Origin: Puia dinghuensis
GTDB lineage: Bacteria; Bacteroidota; Bacteroidia; Chitinophagales; Chitinophagaceae
Assembly (NCBI GenBank): GCA_026224995.1
Contig: JAMFRX010000349.1
Location: forward strand, 1 to 38,312
DNA: 38,312 bases
Direction of reading: 5' to 3'
Below are positions 1-9,249 of the stretch, one piece after another. A program made the translations under genes and the position numbers. The notes under the pieces were generated by a model. The model searched no databases, had not been told where the DNA came from, and was given only the letters and a program-made list of their open reading frames with translations. The stretch's first letter is position 1, and each line of letters opens with the position of its first letter.

Positions 1-2
1 GA

Positions 3-776
3 AAAGACCCTGCAGGCAGCCTTAAGAAGCTGGCCGATATGGGCTATCGCTATGTAGAGCACGCCAATTATATCGACAGGAAGTTTTACGGATATGGCGC
101 GGCCGATTTCAGGAAATTACTGGACGGGCTCGGGCTGAAGATGATCAGCGGACATACCCGCTTCGACCCGGACTCCTGGGACGCGGGTAAAAAAGACTTC
201 ACCGACAAGTGGAAGCGGACGGTTGAAGATGCCGCCGTTGGCGGACAGCTTTTCGTGATCAGCCCCTGGATAGACGAGAGCCTGCGGAAGAACTATGACG
301 ACCTGTTGCGGCTGATGGAACTATTCAACAAGAGTGGCGAGCTCTGCAAGGCGCATGGAATGAAGTTTGGCTATCACAACCACTGGTTCGAGTTCAATAC
401 CGTCCTCAACAACCAGAAGATGTTCGACATCATCCTGCAGCACACCGATCCTGCATTGGTGGCCCAGCAGCTGGACATGGGCAACCTGTACAATGGCGGG
501 GCCATCGCGATCGCCGTGGTCATGCAGTATCCCGGGCGTTTCGAGCTCATGCATGTCAAGGACGAGATCGCAGCTACCTCGGGCAACGAGAAGTACGAAA
601 GCACCATCTTAGGCGAAGGCGTCGTCAGCACCAAACAGGTCTGCGACACGGGCAGGAAGGGCGGGACCAGATACTTCATCATCGAGCAGGAGTCCTACCA
701 GGGTAAGGATCCGTTCGACTCCAGCAAGGCTGACCTGGACATCATGAAGAAATGGGGCTACGAATCTAAAAAATGA
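3..776 (+). CDS. Sugar phosphate isomerase/epimerase family TIM-barrel protein (5'-truncated)
   Basis: Motifs GYHNH, QLDMG, MHVKD and IIEQE are typical of the xylose-isomerase-like barrel. The frame is open from position 3 (KDPAGSLKKLAD before the ATG at 39), so the true start lies upstream of the window. Confidence 0.85.
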   Translation, partial: KDPAGSLKKLADMGYRYVEHANYIDRKFYGYGAADFRKLLDGLGLKMISGHTRFDPDSWDAGKKDFTDKWKRTVEDAAVGGQLFVISPWIDESLRKNYDDLLRLMELFNKSGELCKAHGMKFGYHNHWFEFNTVLNNQKMFDIILQHTDPALVAQQLDMGNLYNGGAIAIAVVMQYPGRFELMHVKDEIAATSGNEKYESTILGEGVVSTKQVCDTGRKGGTRYFIIEQESYQGKDPFDSSKADLDIMKKWGYESKK

Positions 777-777
777 G

Positions 778-3024
778 CTATCGCAGCCCATACGCAAACT
801 GTGCGTTCTTTTCCCCGACATAGACGTCGAAATCTCCGGGCTCCGTAACCGTTCTTAGCTGTGCGTTTACGAAAGCCAGGTCATCCCTGTCCAGCGTAAA
901 CGTTACCGTCTGAGATTCTCCCGCCTTCAGGAATATCTTTTTGAATGCCCTCAGCCGCCGCATATTGGGGGTGATGCTGGCATAGTGCTGCCGCGTATAG
1001 AGCTCCACAGTATGTTTGCCGTCCCGGCTTCCCATATTCTTTACCGTTAGGCTTATGGTCAGCTTCTCCGCGCCTGTGATCCGGGTGGCGCTCAGCCGGA
1101 GTCCGTCGTAGGCAAACCGGGTATAGCTCAGCCCCCAGCCGAAAGGAAAGAGCGGATCGTATCCATTCATGGTCATATCGCTGTTGAAGATCTCACGGAT
1201 GTCTTCGGTGGGCTTCCGGTCGTAGAGCACCATCTCGCCCATGCTGCGGGGATAGCTAAAGGGCAATCGTCCGTCAGGATCATAGTCGCCCAACAGCACG
1301 TCGCCGATGGCCTCCGCCGTCTTGCGTCCGCTCCAGTAGGCCATAAGGATGCCTTTCATGGCCGGGGCTATGCCGGTGATGAAGCGGGGCCTGCCTTCTG
1401 TGAGGACCAGGATCACGGGCTTGCCCGTGGCGACAGCGGCGTAGGCCAGGGCCAGCTGCTCTTGCGGCAGTGCGAGATCGGGGATCGTGCCCGGGCTTTC
1501 CGCGTAGGCGTTCTCGCCCAGACAGAGGACAATGGCGTCAACCCCGGCTGCGGCCGACCTGAGCGCTGCGGTGTCGTAATTGGCGGGGTTGGTGAAGCCG
1601 GCCTGAGCGGTAGTCGTCACGTGATCGGCCCCCAGGCGGTCGCGCAAGGCGTCTACGATCGTCTTGCTGTCCGCGGGATACCAGCGTTCGTCCTTGCCCT
1701 GCCAGGTATAGCTCCAGCATCCGTTGAGCGCGCTGATGCTACGGGCCGCGGGTCCGGCTACCAGGATATGGGCGTTATGGCTCAGCGGCAGGATGGCCTC
1801 GTCGTTCTTGAGCAGGGTCATCGCCTCGTGAGCCGCCTGCAGGGCCAGGGCCTGGTATTCGGGCCTGCCGAAATTGGCGGCGGCGGCCGGCTCGGGATAG
1901 GGATTGTCGAAGAGCCCCAGCTTCAATTTCAGGAGCAATATACGCCGGACGGCGTCATCGATGCGGCTCATGGGCACTTCGCCTTTCTGTACCGCTTCTT
2001 TCAGGAGGGTAAAAAATGAAAAATCGGCTGGGACCATGCTCATATCGATCCCGGCGTTGACGGCCAGCACCACGGCGGCGCGCGGGGTGGCAGCGACGTT
2101 ATGGCGGGTATGCAGGCGGATGATGTCTTCCCAGTCGGAGACGATGACACCCTGAAAGCCCATCTCCTTCCGCAGGACATCGGTGAGCAGGTATTTGCTG
2201 GCGTGCACGGGCGTGCCATTGATCTCCGAAGAGTTCACCATCAGCGTGGAGGCGCCAGCCTGTATGGCCGCTCTGAACTGCGGCAGATAATATTCGCGCA
2301 TCTCCGTCTCTGGCAGATAAATGGGCGTACGGTCCTTCCCGGTACGGGAGGCGGAGTAAGCTATATAATGTTTCATGCAGCTGGCGACGGCGGTAGGTGT
2401 CTTCAGTCCGTCTTCTTCATAGGCCCTGATGACCGTCGCTCCCATGGTCTTGCCGATGTAGACGTCTTCGCCATAGGTCTCCGCAAAACGGGACCACAGC
2501 GGCTGGCGGCCGCAGTCCAGCACCGGGGCGAAATTCCAGCGTACGCCGGAGGCCCGCAGCTCTTTTGCCGTCACTTTCGCTGCGGCTGCGGCCAGCTCGG
2601 GATTGCGCGTGGCGGCCATGCCGATGTTCTGCGGGAACAACGTCGCATCCAGCGTATAGGTCTGTCCGTGAATGCCATCGAGGCCATAGATAACGGGGAT
2701 CTTTAGGCGGCTGAGCCTGGCCTCGTCCTGGATCTGCGTCTGCACGTGGCGCCATTGTTCGGCCGTTAGGGCGTGATTGGTGACGTTCAGGATGGAGCCG
2801 ACCTTGTATTCCCTGACGGCCTTCCGCAGGGCGGCGGTGTCGAGGATGCCGTCTTCCGCCGTCGATACGACGCCCAGGGTCACCTGGGTCATCTGGCCTA
2901 CCTTCTCATCCAGCGTCATCTGGCGGAGGAGGGTTTCGGCTTTTTGTCTTTCGGCCGGGGTTTGCGCGGTGACCAGGGCAAGAGAGAGCAGGCACCCGGC
3001 GGCAAGGAGGCATCGTTTTTTCAT
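778..3024 (-). CDS. bglX: Glycoside hydrolase family 3 beta-glucosidase, secreted/periplasmic
   Basis: Signal peptide; MTLDEKVGQMTQ, LDGIHG, CMKHY, VIVSDW (nucleophile Asp), FPFGWGLSYT; C-terminal Fn3-like domain. Confidence 0.92.
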   Translation of the reverse strand: MKKRCLLAAGCLLSLALVTAQTPAERQKAETLLRQMTLDEKVGQMTQVTLGVVSTAEDGILDTAALRKAVREYKVGSILNVTNHALTAEQWRHVQTQIQDEARLSRLKIPVIYGLDGIHGQTYTLDATLFPQNIGMAATRNPELAAAAAKVTAKELRASGVRWNFAPVLDCGRQPLWSRFAETYGEDVYIGKTMGATVIRAYEEDGLKTPTAVASCMKHYIAYSASRTGKDRTPIYLPETEMREYYLPQFRAAIQAGASTLMVNSSEINGTPVHASKYLLTDVLRKEMGFQGVIVSDWEDIIRLHTRHNVAATPRAAVVLAVNAGIDMSMVPADFSFFTLLKEAVQKGEVPMSRIDDAVRRILLLKLKLGLFDNPYPEPAAAANFGRPEYQALALQAAHEAMTLLKNDEAILPLSHNAHILVAGPAARSISALNGCWSYTWQGKDERWYPADSKTIVDALRDRLGADHVTTTAQAGFTNPANYDTAALRSAAAGVDAIVLCLGENAYAESPGTIPDLALPQEQLALAYAAVATGKPVILVLTEGRPRFITGIAPAMKGILMAYWSGRKTAEAIGDVLLGDYDPDGRLPFSYPRSMGEMVLYDRKPTEDIREIFNSDMTMNGYDPLFPFGWGLSYTRFAYDGLRLSATRITGAEKLTISLTVKNMGSRDGKHTVELYTRQHYASITPNMRRLRAFKKIFLKAGESQTVTFTLDRDDLAFVNAQLRTVTEPGDFDVYVGEKNAQFAYGLR

Positions 3025-3094
3025 ATGCCCGTAAAGGTAGCGAGATGCGCATGGCTCAGGGCATCAACTTTTAATTATTTCCGATACTAATTTA

Positions 3095-3568
3095 TCAATC
3101 CAAACCCTGCAGCTCCCGGAGGTAGTCATACTGGAGGTCCTCATGCAGGCCGTCGATCACGGACCGGACCTTCTTTAGCTGCTGCCGGTAAAGGTTGACC
3201 AGCACCGGGCTGTCCCGGAAGGGGATGCCCGAGCGCTGCATCTTCTGAAGGAAGTAGGTCAGCAGCTCCACTTCCGCCTGCGGCGACCCGGTATAGCGGA
3301 TCTGTTTGGCCGTCACCCGGAGGACCTTCCGCAGGCTTTTTTTCGTGAGGTAGAGATTCGGCTTCGGAAGGCCTTCGAACTCCCCATCGATCTCTTTCTT
3401 TATGGAATCGATATAGGTGGCCTCGTCCGCCGCCTCGAAGAGCAGGTAGGTCAGCAGCTCCTTGTTATCTTTTTTGAAACGGGCGAGCCGAAGGCACAGT
3501 TCGGTGAGCCGGGAAGGGGGGAGGGATTGCAGCTCTTGCTTGATCTCGTTGATGGTGGCGGCTTTCAT
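3095..3568 (-). CDS. Hypothetical protein (helical, cytoplasmic)
   Basis: 157-aa ORF with ATG start that fills the gap between same-strand neighbours; no recognisable catalytic motif. Confidence 0.75.
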   Translation of the reverse strand: MKAATINEIKQELQSLPPSRLTELCLRLARFKKDNKELLTYLLFEAADEATYIDSIKKEIDGEFEGLPKPNLYLTKKSLRKVLRVTAKQIRYTGSPQAEVELLTYFLQKMQRSGIPFRDSPVLVNLYRQQLKKVRSVIDGLHEDLQYDYLRELQGLD

Positions 3569-3577
3569 GCGCGCAAA

Positions 3578-4051
3578 TTATCTTTTTTTTCGCAACCTGT
3601 CGACTGACCACAATCCGGGCCCCACCAGCAATAGAAAAATACTGGACAGCAGCTGGGCATAATCGGACCGGATCTCGTGCAGGACAGCCCACATGCCTGT
3701 TTTGGGCGGCGCTGGCGGCAGCGGCAGCGGGGAGGTACCAAGATAGAGGGAGATCTTGGTCGATAAGATCGCGACGATCATCTCGGCTATGAAATAGAGC
3801 GCCGTGACCCTGGTCAGCAAGCCGGCGAGGAGCAGTAATCCCCCCATGATCTCGGTCACCGCGACAAAATGGGCCGTCAGCCCGGGAAGGGGAAATCCTA
3901 ATTTGGTAAAGCGGCCTACGCCCTGATTGGGATAGGCGAATTTCAACAGGCCTTCCCAAAAGAAAACACCACCGGCAAGCAAGCGGATCCAGAGAATAGC
4001 GGGCGGCCCAAAAATGGGCGGGTCGAGCAGCCAGGTAATAGCTTTTTTCAT
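3578..4051 (-). CDS. DoxX family membrane protein
   Basis: IRLLAGGVFFWEGLLKF, EIMGGLLLLAGLLTR and GPGLWSVD are DoxX-like. Start set at ATG 4051 (MKKAIT). Confidence 0.88.
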   Translation of the reverse strand: MKKAITWLLDPPIFGPPAILWIRLLAGGVFFWEGLLKFAYPNQGVGRFTKLGFPLPGLTAHFVAVTEIMGGLLLLAGLLTRVTALYFIAEMIVAILSTKISLYLGTSPLPLPPAPPKTGMWAVLHEIRSDYAQLLSSIFLLLVGPGLWSVDRLRKKR

Positions 4052-4221
4052 TTGTTTTATGTTTTGAGCAAAGCAACAAACTGAGCACAGCGCCGGCAAA
4101 TCTTTTACACCTTCCTGCCGATACCCTTGATCAGCCGGGTTTTTTGTATGTCATCCCGGTTTTCGGGCATTTCATGTAAATTCATGGGTATTCCATGTGT
4201 CAGTTGCTACCTTTAGGCAGA

Positions 4222-5271
4222 ATGAAACAGCAGCGTATCTGGATATCCATCGGACTTTGGGCCGGCCTCTATCTGTGCTGGATCACCTTGTTCCATGATC
4301 ATGTGTTCACCATCACCCGGACGCTGACAGTCCAGTTTTGTTATCTCTTGTTCGTGGCGGCCAACTATTACGCCCAGATCCACTATGCCATTCCAAAATT
4401 GCTCCATCGGAGGAAGTACCTGCTGTTCACGCTCTTCTTACCCACGGCCATCTTAGTGAGCGCCCTGCTGCGAACGCCCATGGCCATCTGGCTGCAGGTA
4501 CATTATTTCAGGCCGGGGAGCCTGGCCCCGGATGCCGGCAATGTTTTCCGTGACTCTTTCCTGAATATCTTTATCTGGGTGATCTTCACGGTGGCCATCC
4601 ACCAGGTGATCGAGAAGATCGGTTTTCGGCAGTATGTGGACAAGATGGAAAAAGAGCGCATCCGCCATGAGCTGGAGTTCCTGAAGGCACAGTTCAATCC
4701 GCACTTTCTGTTCAATTCCATCAATTCGATCTATGGGCATATAGACAGGAAGAATGGCAAGGCCAGGAATATGCTGCTCAGCTTTTCGGAAATGTTGCGG
4801 TACCAGCTGTATGAATGCAATGTGGACAATATCGTCGTCGAAAAAGAGATACAGTACATCCGCAACTATGTGGCTCTCCAGCAGGAGCGGAAAGAGGAGA
4901 ACCTGCGGGTGGTGCTGGAGATAGCCGACGAGGTCCGGGGGTTTACGGTCGCGCCGCTGCTGCTGATCACGTTTGTGGAGAATGCGTTCAAATACGTAAG
5001 CAGCCATGAAGACCAGGAGAATCAGGTTATCATTTCGCTGGGGAAGAAGGGTGGGGAGCTGAGCTTTCGCGCCTATAATACCACCGACTCCGGAGCGGTA
5101 ATGCAGGAGATAGAAAAGGGGGGCATCGGCATTGCGAACGCCAGACGCCGCCTCGACCTTCAATATCCCGGCCAACATGACCTGCACATTGCCGACAGGG
5201 GTGATTCCTACGAAGTGCTGCTGAACTTAAAAATCAATGCCGATGTTGCTAAAAGCCATTATAGTAGATGA
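4222..5271 (+). CDS. LytS/YehU-type sensor histidine kinase
   Basis: N-terminal TM helices; LKAQFNPHFLFNSIN H-box, VENAFKY, GGIGIAN. Start ATG 4222 preferred over 4195. Confidence 0.92.
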   Translation: MKQQRIWISIGLWAGLYLCWITLFHDHVFTITRTLTVQFCYLLFVAANYYAQIHYAIPKLLHRRKYLLFTLFLPTAILVSALLRTPMAIWLQVHYFRPGSLAPDAGNVFRDSFLNIFIWVIFTVAIHQVIEKIGFRQYVDKMEKERIRHELEFLKAQFNPHFLFNSINSIYGHIDRKNGKARNMLLSFSEMLRYQLYECNVDNIVVEKEIQYIRNYVALQQERKEENLRVVLEIADEVRGFTVAPLLLITFVENAFKYVSSHEDQENQVIISLGKKGGELSFRAYNTTDSGAVMQEIEKGGIGIANARRRLDLQYPGQHDLHIADRGDSYEVLLNLKINADVAKSHYSR

Positions 5272-5983
5272 CGAGCCGGTAGCGCGCAAGGTTCTCCGGG
5301 AATATATAGAAGATATCGATTACCTGGAGCTGGCGGGTATGGCCGAAAACCCGTTGAAAGCGGATGCTTTCTTAGCGGGGAATAAAATAGACCTGCTCTT
5401 CCTCGACATCAATATGCCCAAGCTCAACGGCCTGGATTTCCTGCGGGCGGGCGGGACGGGCGAAGGGCCCCGGCCGCTGGTGATCATCACTACCGCCTAC
5501 GCCGAATATGCATTGGACGGCTTCGAGCTGGATGTGATAGATTACCTGGTGAAGCCCATTCCATTCGAGCGATTCCTGAAAGCCTGCAACAAGGCAAGGG
5601 TCAAGCATGCCGAGCGTTCCCGGCCGGAAGGCCCCGTGGATGCAAACCGGCCTGCAGATCATTTTTTTGTAAAATGCGGCGACAGCCTGGAGAAGATCGT
5701 TTACAGCGAACTGATCTACGTAGAGGCGATGATGAACTATGTCGTCCTGCATACCAGCAGCCGGAAGCTCATCGCGTATCTTACGCTCAAGGGCATCCTT
5801 TCCCAGCTACCCGGGCAGCAATTCATTCAAGTGCACAAATCGTTTGTAGTGAACAGGGAGATGGTCAGCACCATCCGCGGCAACACGCTTGTGCTGGGGG
5901 CGGCTACCATCCCCGTGAGCCAGCATTATTATGAGGGGGCCATGCAGGAGATCCTGCGGGACCGGATCGTTAAAAGAAATTAG
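5237..5983 (+). CDS. LytTR family response regulator
   Basis: REC domain (IVDDE, FLDINMP, YLVKP) plus LytTR domain (FIQVHKSFVVN); overlaps the kinase 3' end. Start could be 5243. Confidence 0.93.
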   Translation: MPMLLKAIIVDDEPVARKVLREYIEDIDYLELAGMAENPLKADAFLAGNKIDLLFLDINMPKLNGLDFLRAGGTGEGPRPLVIITTAYAEYALDGFELDVIDYLVKPIPFERFLKACNKARVKHAERSRPEGPVDANRPADHFFVKCGDSLEKIVYSELIYVEAMMNYVVLHTSSRKLIAYLTLKGILSQLPGQQFIQVHKSFVVNREMVSTIRGNTLVLGAATIPVSQHYYEGAMQEILRDRIVKRN

Positions 5984-6017
5984 CGGCGTCACATGCTAAC
6001 AGGTGTTAGTTTTTGAT

Positions 6018-6025
6018 TATTTTTG
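6018..6025 (+). promoter_or_regulatory. Bacteroidota primary-sigma -7 element for the thiolase gene
   Basis: TATTTTTG matches TAnnTTTG, 20 nt upstream of ATG 6046. Confidence 0.6.
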
Positions 6026-6045
6026 CAGGTAATATAAGCTACTAT

Positions 6046-7233
6046 ATGAACAAAGAAGTCGTTATCGTTGCCGCCGTCCGCACGCCGATAGGCAGTTTTG
6101 GCGGGGCGCTAAAAGATCTTACCGGCCCGCAGCTGGGGGCTATCGCTATCAGGGGGGCCCTGGAGAAGGCCGGGATCAAGCCCGCACAGGTAGAGGAGGT
6201 GTTGATGGGCTGCGTGCTGCAGGGCAACCTGGGGCAGGCGCCTGCCCGGCAGGCGGCCAGGGGCGCCGGCTTACCGGACGAGGTGGTCTGCACCACCATC
6301 AACAAAGTCTGCGCCAGCGGGATGAAGGCGGTGACGCAGGCGGCGCAGGCCATTGCCCTGGGTGATGCCGGTATCGTAGTAGCCGGGGGCATGGAGAGCA
6401 TGAGCAATGTGCCGTTCTATGTGGAACAGCTGCGATGGGGAAACAAATATGGGAATACGGCACTCATAGACGGGCTGGCGAAAGATGGGCTGACGGACGC
6501 CTACGACGGCAAGGCGATGGGCAATGCGGCAGAGCTGTGTGCGGCCACCTGCGGGATCAGCCGGGAGGAGCAGGATGTTTTTGCCATAGCCAGCTACCAG
6601 CGTTCGCAGGCGGCCTGGGCCGCGGGGAAGTTTGATGCGGAAGTGGTTCCGGTCGGGATACCGCAGCGCAAGGGGGGCACGGTCCTGTTCGGCAAGGACG
6701 AGGAACCCTTTAATGTAAAATTCGACAAGATACCGGAGCTCAAGCCATCCTTTGCAAAGGATGGGACGGTGACGGCTGCCAATGCTTCTACCTTAAACGA
6801 TGGGGCGGCGGCCCTCGTGCTGATGAGCAGGGAGAAGGCGGAGCAGCTAGGTCTGCGGCCGCTGGCCCGGATCGCAGGCTATGCTGATGCCGAACAGGCG
6901 CCGGAATGGTTTACGACGACCCCTTCTATCGCCGTGCCGAAAGCCGTGGCCAGGGCCGGCTTAAAAATGGAAGACATTGCCTATTGGGAGCTCAACGAAG
7001 CGTTCTCCGTGGTAGGCATCGAAAATACCCGGCGTATGGGCCTGGACCCTGCCAGGGTGAATGTTCATGGCGGAGCGGTGGCCATCGGCCATCCTCTGGG
7101 CGCCAGCGGGGCGCGTATCCTGGTCACCCTTCTGCATATCCTGCGGCAGAATAAGGCCAGATATGGGGCGGCCGGCATCTGTAATGGAGGTGGGGGCGCC
7201 TCGGCCGTCGTGCTCGAAAACCTGGACCTGTAG
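6046..7233 (+). CDS. atoB: Acetyl-CoA C-acetyltransferase (thiolase)
   Basis: NKVCASG (catalytic Cys), [18 protein letters not shown]. Start ATG 6046 (MNKEVV). Confidence 0.93.
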   Translation: MNKEVVIVAAVRTPIGSFGGALKDLTGPQLGAIAIRGALEKAGIKPAQVEEVLMGCVLQGNLGQAPARQAARGAGLPDEVVCTTINKVCASGMKAVTQAAQAIALGDAGIVVAGGMESMSNVPFYVEQLRWGNKYGNTALIDGLAKDGLTDAYDGKAMGNAAELCAATCGISREEQDVFAIASYQRSQAAWAAGKFDAEVVPVGIPQRKGGTVLFGKDEEPFNVKFDKIPELKPSFAKDGTVTAANASTLNDGAAALVLMSREKAEQLGLRPLARIAGYADAEQAPEWFTTTPSIAVPKAVARAGLKMEDIAYWELNEAFSVVGIENTRRMGLDPARVNVHGGAVAIGHPLGASGARILVTLLHILRQNKARYGAAGICNGGGGASAVVLENLDL

Positions 7234-7353
7234 GTAGCAGGCCTATTGTCAATCAATGCTTAACGAGTGTTTAACGCAATTCCTTTAATGCGATTTTAAT
7301 CTTTGGCATCCTTTTGCGTTCTATTGGCATTAGATCCAATTAAACTTAAAATC

Positions 7354-7821
7354 ATGCACATGAAATTGCAATCGAAGGTCCAAAGTCTTTTTTATGCATT
7401 CGTCGTCCTGTTCTTCTCTTTTTCGGCTATCAAGGCCAACGCCGAGGGCGTTCGCGGTGGTCATCCTTACTACCTGCACGCTTTGTCCGATCTCCGGGCA
7501 GCGCGCTGGATGATCCAGCATCGTCCGGGGAATTGGGCGCAGACCGTGGATGAGGTCGAAGCGGTGCGCCGCATCGATGCCGCTATCGGCGAGATCAAGA
7601 AGGCATCTATCGAAGATGGTAAGAACATCGAAGATCATCCACATGTAGACGAGAATCCCGACCATTCCGGCCGGCTGCATGCGGCGCTTGATTTCCTGCG
7701 GAAAGCGCGCCAGGACATCAGCCATGATGAGGACAACGGGTTCGCGCAAGGTCTTCAGGCCCGGGCTTATGGTCATATCGACGGAGCGATCAACGCCGTC
7801 AAGAAGGCCATTCACCAGTAG
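7354..7821 (+). CDS. Secreted His-rich helical protein of unknown function
   Basis: Signal peptide ending ANA-E; internally repeated helices (YLHALSDLRAAR / RLHAALDFLRKAR). Start at 7354 or 7360. Confidence 0.75.
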   Translation: MHMKLQSKVQSLFYAFVVLFFSFSAIKANAEGVRGGHPYYLHALSDLRAARWMIQHRPGNWAQTVDEVEAVRRIDAAIGEIKKASIEDGKNIEDHPHVDENPDHSGRLHAALDFLRKARQDISHDEDNGFAQGLQARAYGHIDGAINAVKKAIHQ

Positions 7822-7833
7822 AGCTCTTCGCAT

Positions 7834-7866
7834 AAAAAAAGGCAGCAAAAATTGCTGCCTTTTTTT
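7834..7866. terminator. Bidirectional intrinsic terminator
   Basis: AAAAAAAGGCAGCAA-AAA-TTGCTGCCTTTTTTT between convergent genes. Confidence 0.85.
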
Positions 7867-8230
7867 ATTTTGGTAATCTTCGTTCCATTTCTTCCCGAAG
7901 CGATTTGATCTCCAGCAGCACGTAGGACAGCTTATCATCCCTTTCCCTTACAAGATGCGACGGGTCCGGGGAATGGTCATAGGGAATGGTTCCCCCGTTG
8001 TTTTGCCGGTGTGCGGCATTGGCTTCCGCCAGGTCCACTTTCACGAGTATATCGAGCGGTATATCAAAAAAATTGCTAATGATCAGGAGCTCGTCCAGGT
8101 TGGGCTCGCTGATCCCATTTTCCCAGTTGCCGATGGTAGTCTGTCCCTTTTTTATAAGAGATGCGATCTCAGACTGGGTTTTGGACAGCTGCTTGCGGAG
8201 ATACCTCATATTCTTTCCTAAATAATGCAT
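7865..8230 (-). CDS. XRE/Cro-family HTH transcriptional regulator
   Basis: NMRYLRK...TQSEIA...TTIGNWENGISEP is an HTH_3 pattern; short C-terminal coiled segment. Confidence 0.88.
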   Translation of the reverse strand: MHYLGKNMRYLRKQLSKTQSEIASLIKKGQTTIGNWENGISEPNLDELLIISNFFDIPLDILVKVDLAEANAAHRQNNGGTIPYDHSPDPSHLVRERDDKLSYVLLEIKSLREEMERRLPK

Positions 8231-8353
8231 AGCAATAATGTTGAAAGGTAAATTAATTGGTCATTAATAAAATTGGTATCTTAGCAGGGAAATGGGAATT
8301 TTAACGGCTATGCAAATATAGCCAATTTTGTTGCTACTATAACCTGCTATACT

Positions 8354-9235
8354 ATGAATACTTCGTTAAAACACTTATCCCAGGCCCAGAGGGAGAAGTT
8401 GGAAAAGGCGATAAAGATTATCGTCAGGGCCATCCAGCCGGAAAAGATCATCCTGTTTGGCGTATACGGTTCTGCGAGTGGAGAGGGCGGCATGTCTGAC
8501 GGTATACTTCCCGTGGCCGATATAATTCCTGCGGCACTAGGGGTCTATGATCTGCTGATCGTAACACGACAGGGCGACCCCAGGTCTGACTACGAAATGC
8601 AGGACCTGGTGGAAAACCGTTGCCGGGACGAGGTGCCGGTCACTGCCCTGGTCCATGATATAGGCTATGTCAACAGGCGCCTTACCGAAGGGCAGTATTT
8701 CTTTTCCACGATCATTCAGGAAGGAACGCTGTTATACGATGGTCGCCGGACCCCGCTGGCCAGGCCCTGTATGCCCGACTTAGGGCAGGTTCGGTGGTTG
8801 GCCGGGCGGGATTACGAAAGATGGAGCCAGCAGGCCCGGGCTTTTTACCGCAGCGCGGAATTTAACTGCAACGAAAAGCAATGGAAGATAGCCACCTTTT
8901 TGCTTCATCAGGCCGCGGAGCATCTCTACCAGGCGATCCTGCTGGCTTTTACCGGCTACAAGCCGACGACACACAACCTGGACAAGCTGAGAAGATATAC
9001 AAACCGTTTCTCAGTGGAGCTGGTGATGGTCTTTCCGCGGGACAATGCCGCCGAAGATAATTTATTCCGGTTGCTATTGTCGGGCTATGTGGATGCCCGC
9101 TACAAAGAGGAGTTCACGGTTACCGAAGAGGAGGTCAGGGTATTGCTGGAAAGGGTAGGCCGGCTGCTGAATATCGCCGAAAGGGTTTGCCATAACCATT
9201 TTAGTTCCTTGGAAAAGAGAGCCGCAGAGGGGTAA
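8354..9235 (+). CDS. Nucleotidyltransferase (MNT)-HEPN fusion protein
   Basis: N-terminal PEKIILFG...YDLLIV MNT-like fold; C-terminal HEPN motifs FLLHQAAE, THNL, YVDARY. Confidence 0.85.
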   Translation: MNTSLKHLSQAQREKLEKAIKIIVRAIQPEKIILFGVYGSASGEGGMSDGILPVADIIPAALGVYDLLIVTRQGDPRSDYEMQDLVENRCRDEVPVTALVHDIGYVNRRLTEGQYFFSTIIQEGTLLYDGRRTPLARPCMPDLGQVRWLAGRDYERWSQQARAFYRSAEFNCNEKQWKIATFLLHQAAEHLYQAILLAFTGYKPTTHNLDKLRRYTNRFSVELVMVFPRDNAAEDNLFRLLLSGYVDARYKEEFTVTEEEVRVLLERVGRLLNIAERVCHNHFSSLEKRAAEG

Positions 9236-9249
9236 TAAATGGTATGGCC

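Noticed and set aside
7304-7317. TGGCA...TTGC sigma54-like motif upstream of the secreted protein
   Set aside because: GG-to-GC spacing is 9 nt rather than the strict 10 nt.
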